From Desulfobacterales bacterium (GTDB taxonomy: Bacteria; Desulfobacterota; Desulfobacteria; Desulfobacterales; UBA11574), in contig JBARSG010000365.1 in the NCBI GenBank assembly GCA_049644625.1, positions 1-29,588 of the forward strand: a DNA stretch of 29,588 nucleotides, in the 5' to 3' direction. A program made the position numbers and the translations under genes. The notes below the pieces were generated by a model. The model was given only the letters and a program-made list of their open reading frames with translations. It did no database searches and was not told the DNA's origin. Shown here one piece after another: positions 1 through 9,713 of this stretch. Positions within the stretch are counted from its first letter, which is position 1; every line of letters starts with the position of its first letter.

Positions 1-2
1 AC

Positions 3-1304
3 TTATATCTTTCGATTGTCAATCACCCGAACCGCTTTTCCTTGGCTGCGGGCAATCACCTTTGGTTCCACCAGCTTTACTTTTGCTGAAACGCCGAGAT
101 AATCTTTTATATTCTTTGCTATCTTTCTTTCCCGGTCCTGCAGGTGTCTGACTTCATCGGAAAAGAGACGTTCACCCACTTCCAGCAGAACCGTAAGCGT
201 ATCCAGATTATCCTTCCGGTCAACCACGAGCTGATAGTAAGGTTCAACTTCATCCATTTCCATGAGAACACTTTCAATCTGTGACGGAAACACATTGACA
301 CCGCGAATAATCAGCATATCATCGCTGCGACCGCTCACCCTGTTCATGCGTATATGGGTCCGGCCGCATATACACGGCTCCGGATTCAGTGAGGTGATGT
401 CACGAGTTCTATACCGTATCACCGGGAAAGCTTCCTTGGTTATGGTTGTAAAAACAAGTTCGCCGGTCTCACCGTAAGGAAGAACTTCCCCGGTTTCGGG
501 ATCGATAATTTCAGGAATAAAGTGATCCTCAAATATATGAAGACCTTTTTTTGCTTCATGACATTCAATGGCAACACCCGGCCCAATGACTTCGCTTAAC
601 CCATAAATATCTACTGCAGTTAAATTCAACTTCCGTTCTATTTCCTCCCGCATCTTCTCAGACCAGGGTTCAGCCCCGAATATCCCGAATTTAAATTTTA
701 AATTTTTAAAAGAAACCCCCATCTCCTCGGCAACTTCCGACAGGTGAAGTGCATATGAGGGAGTTGCCGCCAATATGGTAGGGCCGAAATCCGTCATGAT
801 CACAACCTGTCTTTTTGTATTTCCTCCTGAAACCGGAATAACGGAAGCACCGAGTTTCTCCGCACCGTAGTGGATGCCCAATCCTCCTGTAAAAAGCCCA
901 TAACCGTATGCATTGTGAATTATGTCTCCGCGAGTTGCCCCGCCTGCGGCAAGGGAACGGGCCATAAGCTCAGCCCAGGTATTAATATCCCGAGCCGTAT
1001 ACCCCACAACGGTAGGCTTGCCGGTGGTCCCGGAGGAGGCATGAATACGAACAACATTGTCCATGGGGACCGCAAACATTCCAAAGGGATAATTATCACG
1101 TAAATCCTCTTTTGTAGTGAAAGGAATTCGTTTTAAATCTTCCAACGACTGGATATCATTCGGCGTGATATGATTTTCTTCAAACTTTTTCCTGTAAAAA
1201 GGAACATTTGCATAGACACGATCAATGGTGGCCTTAAGCCGTCGCAGTACGATTGCCTCCAGATCTTCCCTTGGCATGGTTTCAAATCCGATATCGAGAA
1301 TCAT
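3..1304 (-). CDS. paaK: Phenylacetate--CoA ligase (PaaK/PaaF family, ANL adenylate-forming enzyme)
   Basis: 433 aa. AMP-binding loop [62 protein letters not shown] and C-terminal GKAVRVID are typical of the family. SD-like AAAGGA lies upstream. Confidence 0.93.
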   Translation of the reverse strand: MILDIGFETMPREDLEAIVLRRLKATIDRVYANVPFYRKKFEENHITPNDIQSLEDLKRIPFTTKEDLRDNYPFGMFAVPMDNVVRIHASSGTTGKPTVVGYTARDINTWAELMARSLAAGGATRGDIIHNAYGYGLFTGGLGIHYGAEKLGASVIPVSGGNTKRQVVIMTDFGPTILAATPSYALHLSEVAEEMGVSFKNLKFKFGIFGAEPWSEKMREEIERKLNLTAVDIYGLSEVIGPGVAIECHEAKKGLHIFEDHFIPEIIDPETGEVLPYGETGELVFTTITKEAFPVIRYRTRDITSLNPEPCICGRTHIRMNRVSGRSDDMLIIRGVNVFPSQIESVLMEMDEVEPYYQLVVDRKDNLDTLTVLLEVGERLFSDEVRHLQDRERKIAKNIKDYLGVSAKVKLVEPKVIARSQGKAVRVIDNRKI

Positions 1305-1317
1305 CCAACATTCCTTT

Positions 1318-1358
1318 CAAACAATAAAAATGGCTGTGAGTGAAACTCACAGCCATTT
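1318..1358 (-). terminator. Intrinsic terminator in the paaK leader (attenuator terminator)
   Basis: Perfect 14-bp stem AAAUGGCUGUGAGU-UUC-ACUCACAGCCAUUU (1358-1345 / 1341-1328) running into UUUUUAUUGUUU, just upstream of the paaK SD. Confidence 0.88.
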
Positions 1359-1425
1359 AAAAAACCATGAGTTCCATTTTGTTTCGTCTACCCATGGTTT
1401 TGTGCTATGTCAAGTTCGGCATTTT

Positions 1426-1512
1426 TTACCTTGCCAGCCCATGGATAGACTTCCTAAAAAAGAAGCCCTCCAGGAAGCTAAAAAAACCAAAGTAAAAAAA
1501 CCGAGACCTCAT
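1426..1512 (-). CDS. Phe-rich leader peptide MRSRFFYFGFFSFLEGFFFRKSIHGLAR (28 aa)
   Basis: Hand-translated: ATG at 1512, TAA at 1428-1426. There are 9 Phe and 1 Tyr within codons 5-19, and SD-like TAAGGG 8 nt upstream. It lies between a promoter and a terminator ahead of paaK. Confidence 0.8.
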   Translation of the reverse strand: MRSRFFYFGFFSFLEGFFFRKSIHGLAR

Positions 1513-1563
1513 CTATGGAACCCTTAATATTTATGTAAAATAACCAATAGTTAACTTCAGCGC

Positions 1564-1592
1564 TCTATAATGGATTAAAAAATATATGTCAA
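1564..1592 (-). promoter_or_regulatory. Sigma70-type promoter for the leader peptide and paaK
   Basis: TTGACA-N17-TATAGA on the minus strand (perfect -35, 4/6 -10), about 50 nt before the leader ATG. Confidence 0.6.
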
Positions 1593-1602
1593 GCAAAAAG
1601 AT

Positions 1603-2394
1603 TTACTCTTTTAAACTTCCCTTAAAATCAGGCTTTCGCTTTTCAAGAAAAGCCAATGCCCCTTCCTTTGCATCGGGACTTGTGAAGCAGAGGGCGAAGG
1701 AATCAATTTCTATGCTGCAGCCGGTTGTAAGATCGACATTCATACCGTTGTTAATAGCCTGTTTCGCCGCTCGAAGAGAGACTTTCCCCTTTGAAGCAAT
1801 GGTTTTTGCAGTCTTGATGACGTCATCCATGAGCTGTTCTTGAGAGCAAACCTTGTTTGCCAGTCCCATGTTTTTTGCTTCTTCAGCGGGAATCATCTTA
1901 CCGGTAAATATCAATTCTTTGGCCATGCTCCTTCCGACGAGTCTCGGCAGCCTCTGAGTGCCTCCAAAACCTGGAATAATCCCAAGGGTGATTTCCGGCA
2001 GGCCGAACATTGCGTTTTCAGAAGCGTAGATAAAATCACATGCCATAGCAACCTCACATCCGCCGCCCAGTGCAAAGCCGTTTACCGCCGCGATGACCGG
2101 TATCGGCAACTCCTGGAGTTTATTCATCAAGGAACGCCCCATCTCGGAAAACGATTTTGCCTTAAGGGTGTTAAATGTTAGGAATTGCTTGATGTCCGCC
2201 CCGGCAATAAAAGATTTTTCACCGGCGCCGGTAAGGATAAGCACACGGATGTCCTCGTTTGCATTAATCTCATCAAGGGCAGTCGAAAACTCTTTAAGCG
2301 CTTCCTCATTCAATGCATTTAAAATTTCGGGCCTGTTGAAGGTAATCGTTGCAATGTTTTCCCGGATCTTAAAAATAATAGTGTTGTACGCCAT
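1603..2394 (-). CDS. crt: Enoyl-CoA hydratase/isomerase (crotonase family)
   Basis: FNRPEILNALN, SFIAGADI, AVNGFALGGGCE and FGLPEITLGIIPGFGGTQRLPRLVG, with both catalytic Glu present. Start moved to ATG 2394 because GGAGG sits at 2405-2401. Confidence 0.88.
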   Translation of the reverse strand: MAYNTIIFKIRENIATITFNRPEILNALNEEALKEFSTALDEINANEDIRVLILTGAGEKSFIAGADIKQFLTFNTLKAKSFSEMGRSLMNKLQELPIPVIAAVNGFALGGGCEVAMACDFIYASENAMFGLPEITLGIIPGFGGTQRLPRLVGRSMAKELIFTGKMIPAEEAKNMGLANKVCSQEQLMDDVIKTAKTIASKGKVSLRAAKQAINNGMNVDLTTGCSIEIDSFALCFTSPDAKEGALAFLEKRKPDFKGSLKE

Positions 2395-2396
2395 AC

Positions 2397-4100
2397 TCAA
2401 CCTCCGTATCCAGCCAACCCCTTTTGGTGGCTCTGTTTTAAAAATGCTGTGGGGTTTGTCTCATTGATATATTCCCGGATACCATTCACGATAGCATCGC
2501 ACATTCGATCCTGATATTTTGAATTGACTAATCTTTTGCAGTCCCTGGAATTGCTGATAAAGGATGTTTCTATTAAAATGGCAGGCATCTGAGCACCCAA
2601 AAGAACATAAAACGGCGCCTGTTTTACGCCTTTATTTTTTATCCCGCTGTAGCACCGGCATAGCTCTTTACACATGCACCCCTGAACATGGACCGCCAGG
2701 CGACTCGATTCGTTGATCTTGGCATTTTGCATAAGATCGCTTAAGATCGTCTGGAGGTCGCTGATGTTCTTTGTTGAAGTGGCATTTTCCCTGGCAGCCA
2801 CTAAAATAGCATCATCATCTGTTGCCAGATTCAGGAAAAAGGTTTCAATGCCGTATGCCCGTCTATCCCTTGCGGCATTGGTATGAATCGAGATGAAAAG
2901 GTCTGCGTTTTTTGTGTTGGCGAAAGCGGTTCGTTCTTCAAGGGTAAGATACCGATCGCTCGTGCGAGTCATCATGACCTCACAGTGCAATTTTTTGCGG
3001 ATCTTTTTGGCAAGCCGCCGTGCAAGTTTCAGGACAATATTTTTTTCGTGCACTCCCTTTAGATAACCGGGAGCTCCATAATCGCGCCCGCCATGACCCG
3101 GATCGATAACAATTCGTTTTACGCCAAGAGCGAGTTGCTTTGCCAGAGCACCGGGAGCAATCTTGCCCCCTTTTTTATCTCTCTTTACCAACGTTCCGGT
3201 TTCCCTGGCCGTCTTTCCCCAGACATCTATGACTATCCTGAAGGGATTCTTTAAGGAAAATATCTTGTAAGTTTTAAAAGATTTAATATCAACAACAACC
3301 CTAACCATATCCAATGTGTATTGCCCTGCACGCGCATCGCTGAGCAGGTTGTCGTTGATTGGAATATATTTTTTAATATCTTCGCCCAGTCTGCTGTTGT
3401 TTAAATCCACATACAATCGATGGGGTTTCCGGATTGTAATATCCTCTTTCAGGAGTCTGTGTGAATAGGACATCTCACTGTCCGCATCGATTACAACACG
3501 GGTGTAGCTCGGGTTAGACCAGAACCTGAGCCCCACAACCGTACCCGTGCTACCTTTAGGACCTTTGACATCTGTTTCAACCGGGGTTTTGACATAAGAG
3601 AATTTTTTTATTTGCTTTGCGATGTCATCTTCCGGCGGCGTGACATGGGTTTGTTTGCTGACTTTGCGTTTGGATGCGATCTTTGGAACCCCTTTGGGGA
3701 AGAGATTGCGCAGGGCGTTTTCAGCCTTTGGTCGGTATGCGCTTTTTGGATAATCTTTGATAATTTGCTTATAACTGTCGAGAGCCGCTTTTTTGTCAGA
3801 TTCTTTGAATGAACGCCGGTAAAGCTCCTGATACAGCGTCCCGGACATATAAAGCCCGGCGGCCGCCCATGGACCGGAAGGGTTATGCCGGTAAACCGCC
3901 TGAAACTTTTCGATACATCCAAGCCAGTAACATCTGTATTTCTGTTTTTTTGGACTGTGGCGAAGTTTCTTGTAACAGGCTTCGGCCCGGTAGTACTCTT
4001 TTTTTGCAGTATCTGCGGATGACGAGCGCGGCCACGTCACGGAAAGGATACAGCACGCAAGCAAACAGAATAAAAATGTTTTTTTGTAATTAAATAACAA
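2397..4100 (-). CDS. N-acetylmuramoyl-L-alanine amidase (Amidase_3) with AMIN domain and N-terminal TPR-like region
   Basis: Signal peptide; AMIN-like RFWSNPSYTRVVID; Zn-amidase motifs IDPGHGG, HEK, SIHTNA, LIETSF. Confidence 0.9.
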   Translation of the reverse strand: MLFNYKKTFLFCLLACCILSVTWPRSSSADTAKKEYYRAEACYKKLRHSPKKQKYRCYWLGCIEKFQAVYRHNPSGPWAAAGLYMSGTLYQELYRRSFKESDKKAALDSYKQIIKDYPKSAYRPKAENALRNLFPKGVPKIASKRKVSKQTHVTPPEDDIAKQIKKFSYVKTPVETDVKGPKGSTGTVVGLRFWSNPSYTRVVIDADSEMSYSHRLLKEDITIRKPHRLYVDLNNSRLGEDIKKYIPINDNLLSDARAGQYTLDMVRVVVDIKSFKTYKIFSLKNPFRIVIDVWGKTARETGTLVKRDKKGGKIAPGALAKQLALGVKRIVIDPGHGGRDYGAPGYLKGVHEKNIVLKLARRLAKKIRKKLHCEVMMTRTSDRYLTLEERTAFANTKNADLFISIHTNAARDRRAYGIETFFLNLATDDDAILVAARENATSTKNISDLQTILSDLMQNAKINESSRLAVHVQGCMCKELCRCYSGIKNKGVKQAPFYVLLGAQMPAILIETSFISNSRDCKRLVNSKYQDRMCDAIVNGIREYINETNPTAFLKQSHQKGLAGYGG

Positions 4101-6717
4101 CGGTCTTTGCCTTTTCCTTTAATTCGTTCAGACAGTTTAACGCGTCCAGAGGCGTCATTTTCGAAATATCAAGCTTTTGCAGCTTTTCTATGACAAATTG
4201 ATCCGGTCTGGAAAAAAGATTAAGCTGCACCTGCCCCTTTTTTACAACATCTTCGTCTTCGGCCATAAAAGCCGGGCTTTTCAAACTGTGTTCACCGTTT
4301 TCTATATTGTAAAGAATCTTTTTGGCTCGCCGGATCACGCGGTCAGGAATACCGGCAAGCCGTGCAACCTGTATTCCATAACTTCGATTGGTGCCGCCTT
4401 GCACAAGCTTTCTTAGGAAAATAATTTCGTCATTCCATTCCTTTACCGCAATGTTGTAATTTTTGACCCGGGACTTTACACGTGCGAGCTCCGTGAGTTC
4501 ATGGTAATGGGTGGCAAAAAGAGTTTTAACGCCCCTCCCCTTTAATTCATGCAGGTATTCCGCCACCGCCCAGGCGATGCTGAGTCCGTCGAACGTGCTG
4601 GTTCCCCGACCGATCTCATCCATAATCACCAGACTTTGCCGGGTTGCGCTGTTTAAAATATTGGCGGTCTCCTGCATCTCCACCATGAATGTACTCTGTC
4701 CCTGGGAGAGGTTGTCCAGAGCACCCACCCGGGTAAATATCCGGTCCGTAACACTCATGGAGGCTCGGGCGACAGGTATAAATGACCCCATCTGGGCCAT
4801 AATGACCATCAGCGCGACCTGGCGTAGAACGGTGGATTTGCCGGCCATGTTGGGTCCGGTTATGATGAGCACCTGATTTTCAGTATCGTCGATCCTGATG
4901 GTGTTGGGTACGAATCGTTCTCCGGTAATCATTTTTTCCACCACCGGATGACGTCCCTCTTCAAATAGAATATAGTCCTGGGTATTAAATTCCGGCCTGT
5001 GGTAGTCATTTTGATCGGCGATTTCAGCCAGGTTCAGCAGACAGTCCAAATCGGCTAAAAATTGGGCAATCTTTTTAATGGTCGTGTTATTCTTTACAAC
5101 CTCGTCCTTTATTTCATTAAATATTTCATATTCAAGCACGGCTCTTTGGTCTTCGGCGCCCAACACTTTTGATTCAAATGTCTTTAACTCATCCGTGATG
5201 TACCGTTCTGCATTAACCAGGGTCTGTTTGCGGACATAATGCAGGGAAACATCTTCCGAACGTGCCTTTGGGACCTCGATAAAATACCCGAATACCTTAT
5301 TATAGCGCACTTTGAGTGCATTGATTCCGGTGGCCTGCTTTTCCCTGGCCTCGAGCCTGGCAAGCCACTCTTTGCCGTGCCGGCTGACGGCGATCAGTTC
5401 ATCAAGTTCCTGATGGTATCCTTTCTTAATGATACCGCCTTCATTGATGGTATGGGGAGCATCTTCCCGGATCGACCGTTCAATCAATTCCGCCAGTTCA
5501 TACAGACCGTCTATATCCTGATGACATGTAAAAAGTGTCGCTTTTAGATGGGAAAGCAGAGACCATATACCGGGCAGGCTGTTAATGGAACGCTTGAGCG
5601 CGACAAGATCCCTGGCATTGGACTGCCTCATGGCGATTTTGCTCCCGAGGCGTTCAAGATCATAAACCGATTTTAAGAGTTCCCGGATATTCTTTCGAAC
5701 CTGAATGTTTTCCTTCGCTTCTTCAATAGCATCCTGTCTGGACTGAATCTTCAGAATATCCATAAGCGGATATCTGATCCACCGTTTAATTTGTCTCCCT
5801 CCCATGGCGGTAACCGTTTTGTCCATAATTCCCAGGAGTGTCCCCTGTCCGGATCCTGTACGGATATTCTTGATCAGTTCAAGGTTCCGGCAGCTTAACT
5901 CATCAACCAGAAGATAATTACTCAGTGAATAGGTTGCGATGCCGGTGAAATGCTCTACTTTCTGTCTCTGGGTTTCCCGGACGTAGAAAATAAGTGCTCC
6001 GGCCGCACGCACACCGGTTTTTAAATGTTCGCAACCGAATCCTTCAAGGGAAATAGTTTTGAATTGATCAATAAGCCGTTCCCGTGCCCGGCTGTGTTCA
6101 AATGCACTGTCTTCTAAAAAGGTTATCGATTTTTCAGACAGTGCTTTTATAATGGGTAAAAGAATGGGATCATTTCTTGAAGATTCAGGGAGGAGAACTT
6201 CTCTTGGCGATATACGGAGGACCTCATCAACAACAGCATCCATATTTTCAGATTCGGTCACCCTAAAATTCCCGGTTGAAATATCTAAATAGCTTAGTCC
6301 GGCGGCACCGTTATTGTAAACAACAGCGAGGACATAATTGTCTGTCTTTTCATCAAGCAACTCATTATCGACAATCATCCCCGGTGTAACGACCCGGACT
6401 ACATCCCTTTTGACCAAACCTTTTGCCTGGGACGGATCTTCTATTTGATCACATATTGCGACTTTGTATCCCTGGTCAATGAGGCGGGCGAGATAGTTCC
6501 GCGCGGATTTATACGGTACACCGCACATGGGAATCGGGAATTCGTCTTTTTTGTTCCGTGAAGTTAAGGTTATCTCAAGAAGCCTGGAGGCAAGCTCGGC
6601 ATCCTCAAAAAACATTTCGTAAAAATCTCCCATCCGGTAAAAAAGTATCGCGTCAGGGTACTTTTCCTTAATGGAGAGGTACTGCTTTATCATGGGAGTC
6701 GTTTTCGAAACACTCAT
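4090..6717 (-). CDS. mutS: DNA mismatch repair protein MutS
   Basis: TPMIKQY, FYRMGDFYEMF (mismatch-binding Phe), Walker A GPNMAGKS, DEIGRGTST, and clamp-binding QLNLF near the C-terminus. Confidence 0.98.
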   Translation of the reverse strand: MSVSKTTPMIKQYLSIKEKYPDAILFYRMGDFYEMFFEDAELASRLLEITLTSRNKKDEFPIPMCGVPYKSARNYLARLIDQGYKVAICDQIEDPSQAKGLVKRDVVRVVTPGMIVDNELLDEKTDNYVLAVVYNNGAAGLSYLDISTGNFRVTESENMDAVVDEVLRISPREVLLPESSRNDPILLPIIKALSEKSITFLEDSAFEHSRARERLIDQFKTISLEGFGCEHLKTGVRAAGALIFYVRETQRQKVEHFTGIATYSLSNYLLVDELSCRNLELIKNIRTGSGQGTLLGIMDKTVTAMGGRQIKRWIRYPLMDILKIQSRQDAIEEAKENIQVRKNIRELLKSVYDLERLGSKIAMRQSNARDLVALKRSINSLPGIWSLLSHLKATLFTCHQDIDGLYELAELIERSIREDAPHTINEGGIIKKGYHQELDELIAVSRHGKEWLARLEAREKQATGINALKVRYNKVFGYFIEVPKARSEDVSLHYVRKQTLVNAERYITDELKTFESKVLGAEDQRAVLEYEIFNEIKDEVVKNNTTIKKIAQFLADLDCLLNLAEIADQNDYHRPEFNTQDYILFEEGRHPVVEKMITGERFVPNTIRIDDTENQVLIITGPNMAGKSTVLRQVALMVIMAQMGSFIPVARASMSVTDRIFTRVGALDNLSQGQSTFMVEMQETANILNSATRQSLVIMDEIGRGTSTFDGLSIAWAVAEYLHELKGRGVKTLFATHYHELTELARVKSRVKNYNIAVKEWNDEIIFLRKLVQGGTNRSYGIQVARLAGIPDRVIRRAKKILYNIENGEHSLKSPAFMAEDEDVVKKGQVQLNLFSRPDQFVIEKLQKLDISKMTPLDALNCLNELKEKAKTVVI

Positions 6718-6721
6718 ATGC

Positions 6722-7081
6722 CTAACTGGGTTCTTTGGGTTCGGCCTTATGGTCCGAAGAACCGCTTTGCAATGATTCCACCTCTTTTTTTAGTGCTGCA
6801 ATTTCTTCCAGCTGGGAAGTGGCTGCTGCGTTTAAATTTTTTATTGTTTTTTTCAATTTGAATCGTACGGAAAGACTGATAAAATAGGCAATCAAAAACC
6901 CGGTTAGAAAAAAAATGAGAAAAAAGACTGCATTGGGCAGTTCCATAGTATGAAAAGGGTCACCGTACAAAAGATCTATTTGAAGAACTTGTTTTGCCAA
7001 CAAATAATCCTTATTCGAGAAAAAAATAATTGCGATAAAGCCTATAATAATTACCCAGAGAACGATCTTAAGTTTTTTCAT
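6722..7081 (-). CDS. LapA (lipopolysaccharide assembly protein A) family membrane protein
   Basis: Two hydrophobic helices separated by an N..V.I.L loop, then a C-terminal coiled coil. GGAG SD before ATG 7081. Confidence 0.7.
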   Translation of the reverse strand: MKKLKIVLWVIIIGFIAIIFFSNKDYLLAKQVLQIDLLYGDPFHTMELPNAVFFLIFFLTGFLIAYFISLSVRFKLKKTIKNLNAAATSQLEEIAALKKEVESLQSGSSDHKAEPKEPS

Positions 7082-7098
7082 AGTTGTCTCCTTCAATA

Positions 7099-7584
7099 TC
7101 AGATTGTTATATCTAGTTTATCAAAGTAAGGCTTTAGATTATTGTAGGTGATTATTAAATGCTCCGGAATGACACGTACATCGGCAAAGACGGTTAACGC
7201 ATTTGTATCGCCAAACCAGCGGGGAACAATATGAAAGTGGAGATGTTCTTCAACGCCGGCACCCGCCACTTTCCCCAGATTAAGTCCAACATTAAACCCG
7301 TCGGGGTTCATCACTTTTTTTAATATTCCCACAGATTGTTCAACGGTCTTAAGAAAATCCCCCATTTCGCTTTTGCTGAGCTGATCCAGAGTGGAAATAT
7401 GTTTGATCGGCGCCACCAGAAGATGGCCGTTAATATAAGGAAATTTATTCATAACAACAAGGGTCACCTTGCCCTTGTAAAGGGTCAGATTGTCCTGTTC
7501 TGAAAGCGCCTTGCAAAATATACAGCCGTTCTCTTTATCGCCCAGAATATATTCCATGCGCCATGGAGCCCACATGGTTTTCAT
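7099..7584 (-). CDS. HIT family hydrolase (Ap4A hydrolase/phosphorylase-like)
   Basis: WAPWRMEYI, CIFC, NKFPYINGH, GFNVGLNLGKVAGAG and the histidine triad HLHFHIVPRW. AGGAGG SD. Confidence 0.9.
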   Translation of the reverse strand: MKTMWAPWRMEYILGDKENGCIFCKALSEQDNLTLYKGKVTLVVMNKFPYINGHLLVAPIKHISTLDQLSKSEMGDFLKTVEQSVGILKKVMNPDGFNVGLNLGKVAGAGVEEHLHFHIVPRWFGDTNALTVFADVRVIPEHLIITYNNLKPYFDKLDITI

Positions 7585-7620
7585 TATTAATCCTCCTGAT
7601 CAGAATCGAAAATAACATAG

Positions 7621-7676
7621 TCATTTGTCAATTGTCATTAGTCAATTTTCATTAGTCAATTTTCATTAGCCAATTA
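7621..7676. repeat. Tandem heptamer array (TCAWTWG-like, 8 units)
   Basis: TCATTTG TCAATTG TCATTAG TCAATTT TCATTAG TCAATTT TCATTAG CCAATTA. Confidence 0.85.
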
Positions 7677-7722
7677 CCTATAAAACCCTCTACCCTTTTC
7701 AAGCCCAAAACTCAACCCTTTT

Positions 7723-8448
7723 CTATTTTAGGCGCACAACCTCCAGTTCACCCCACATGCCGATCTCACCTCCAACAATCACAACAATCCCGCCAACCCC
7801 TCGGATATTTTTACCGAAATCAATTGCAGACCCGATATGCGCTTTTGACGTTATCTGATTGCCGATGGACGTTGCAGCGGCATCGGCAAGTGAACAGGAG
7901 CGGGACAGCACACAGACGGCGTCCGCTTTCCCGAAACTTAGTGAGTAGCCCACGGTGCCTGATGATGTGCATACGGATAACGGTTTTTTCCCCGGATCCA
8001 CACGCAGGCCCATGCCCAGACTAATCGGAGAATTACCGGCAAAAATACCGATGGTAACCGGGCCGTTTGTTTTGAAAAAGATGTCCCCCCCGTTTTCCAC
8101 AACAATTTCATCGGTATGCATCAACAGATCGTTTCCCACGTGCTCGGCAATTGCACCGGCAACCGCCGCCATGGGACCGACGCCGGCCTTTTCACCCGCT
8201 GATGCCATGTCGTTTATGATAATGGGCGCCGGGCCGCTGACCCGCCACGGCTTCAACGTGTTTACAAATTCAGGGTATCTTTTTATATAAGCCTCGATAA
8301 CCCCTCTGTGCTTGAGAATCAGTTCCCTGGTTATGTCCTCAAGCGGTTTGACCGCATGCACAAACAGATCTGTTTCCTTAACGGCCACCCTGAAAGCAAC
8401 CAGATTCTCTCTGGCCGTCAGATTCCTGTACGATCGTTTTTGATACAT
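7723..8448 (-). CDS. UPF0280 family protein (ApbE superfamily)
   Basis: MYQKRSYR start, VKETDL, VGPMAAVAGAIAE, VENGGDIF, CTSSGTVGYSLSFGKADAV, ADAAATSIGN. Start moved to ATG 8448 to avoid overlap with the upstream gene. Confidence 0.85.
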   Translation of the reverse strand: MYQKRSYRNLTARENLVAFRVAVKETDLFVHAVKPLEDITRELILKHRGVIEAYIKRYPEFVNTLKPWRVSGPAPIIINDMASAGEKAGVGPMAAVAGAIAEHVGNDLLMHTDEIVVENGGDIFFKTNGPVTIGIFAGNSPISLGMGLRVDPGKKPLSVCTSSGTVGYSLSFGKADAVCVLSRSCSLADAAATSIGNQITSKAHIGSAIDFGKNIRGVGGIVVIVGGEIGMWGELEVVRLK

Positions 8449-8543
8449 CGTTGGTGAACTTAGAGCTTTGTTCCAAATTAAAATGTAACGCCAAAATATT
8501 TCTTTCTTTTTCCCGCTGATAGCGGAAAGAAATTTCGCGATAT

Positions 8544-9713
8544 TCACCGAAACTGTGGTTGTGGGCGCAGTTCTTCCGGGCACTGTCTCAAAAAATAGTG
8601 ATCCGTCATTCCGGCAATGAAATCCCTGACGATTTCCTCTTTGCGATGGTTTTTAATATAATCTTCAGACATATCTTCCAGAAAACCGGTAAAGATCACT
8701 GACGTTCGATTTTCAGTTTCAATATCATCAAGGTATTTTTCAAAAAGCATTGCAAACAGTTTTTTTATGAGGCCCGTATGTTTTTTGATTTCCGGATTCA
8801 TGTAAATACGCTCTAGGTTAAAATCCTTGAGCCGCTTTAGGGCGTCCGATACTTCCGGGCTGAACGCAACATAGCTGTTTTGAAAGCTGTTTTTGATAAT
8901 ATCGGTTACAAGATTATAAACGATGGTCCCGTTGGTATCCCCGAGCATACCCACGCTGTCCTTGGGAAGATCAGATCTTTTGATCATTTTGAGCCGGATG
9001 GCATCTTCTATGTCACGACCGATATAGCTGACGGTATCTGCCATCCGGACAACACATCCTTCCAGCGTCATGGGCATAAGTTTAATCCGGGGATCATCCT
9101 TTTTGGCTGACATATCTTTTTCTAATGTTTCAAATGTCTTATTTCTCTCTGGTTCAAGTATTCGGTTATGGATTTCTCCGTCATGGCAGAGAATGCCGTC
9201 CAGAGTCTGCAGACAAAGATTCCATCCTTTGCCCTTACATTCCACCCGGTCCAGAAAATGAACACTCTGAACGTTGTGCTGAAAATACCCGATACCATTT
9301 GATCGGCAAAGCTCTGACAAAAACCTTTCGCCGTCATGCCCGAACGGGGTATGCCCGATATCATGGCCCAGGGCAATGGCCTCAATGAGATCCTCGTTCA
9401 ACCCCAAATAACGACCAATGGTCCTTGCAATTTTCGATACCAGTTGAACATGGAGCACACGGTGGGTAATATGATCATTGTGTATCAGATAAAAAACCTG
9501 GGTCTTGTCGATATATCGCGTGTAGGCCCGTGAATGCAGAATCCGATCCGCATCCACAGAAAATATCTGGCGGTACCCTTGTTCTAAACGAACCTCATGA
9601 ACCCGTCTCACGCCTGCTGAACTCAACGTTGCAATGGGAGATAACATTTCGGCTTCCCGTTGTCTCAGGGCCACACGGAGCAGATCAAGGTTTTTGTCTT
9701 TAAATCTGACCAT
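8544..9713 (-). CDS. HD-domain deoxyguanosinetriphosphate triphosphohydrolase-like protein
   Basis: DADRILHS, KTQVF, THRVLH, LGHDIGHTPFGHDGE, TLEGCVVRMADTVSY, DFIAGMTD. Confidence 0.85.
   Translation of the reverse strand: MVRFKDKNLDLLRVALRQREAEMLSPIATLSSAGVRRVHEVRLEQGYRQIFSVDADRILHSRAYTRYIDKTQVFYLIHNDHITHRVLHVQLVSKIARTIGRYLGLNEDLIEAIALGHDIGHTPFGHDGERFLSELCRSNGIGYFQHNVQSVHFLDRVECKGKGWNLCLQTLDGILCHDGEIHNRILEPERNKTFETLEKDMSAKKDDPRIKLMPMTLEGCVVRMADTVSYIGRDIEDAIRLKMIKRSDLPKDSVGMLGDTNGTIVYNLVTDIIKNSFQNSYVAFSPEVSDALKRLKDFNLERIYMNPEIKKHTGLIKKLFAMLFEKYLDDIETENRTSVIFTGFLEDMSEDYIKNHRKEEIVRDFIAGMTDHYFLRQCPEELRPQPQFR

Noticed and set aside
1385..1413. Second TTGACA-N17-TAGACG promoter-like match inside the paaK leader (minus strand)
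   Set aside because: The -10 is weak and its bases are already explained by pairing segment B. Not called, but only TSS mapping can exclude it; if real, it would bypass the leader peptide.
1225..1527. 100-aa plus-strand ORF with a Lys-rich tail
   Set aside because: It is the antisense shadow of the paaK start and the Phe-rich leader (AAA runs are the complement of TTT codons).
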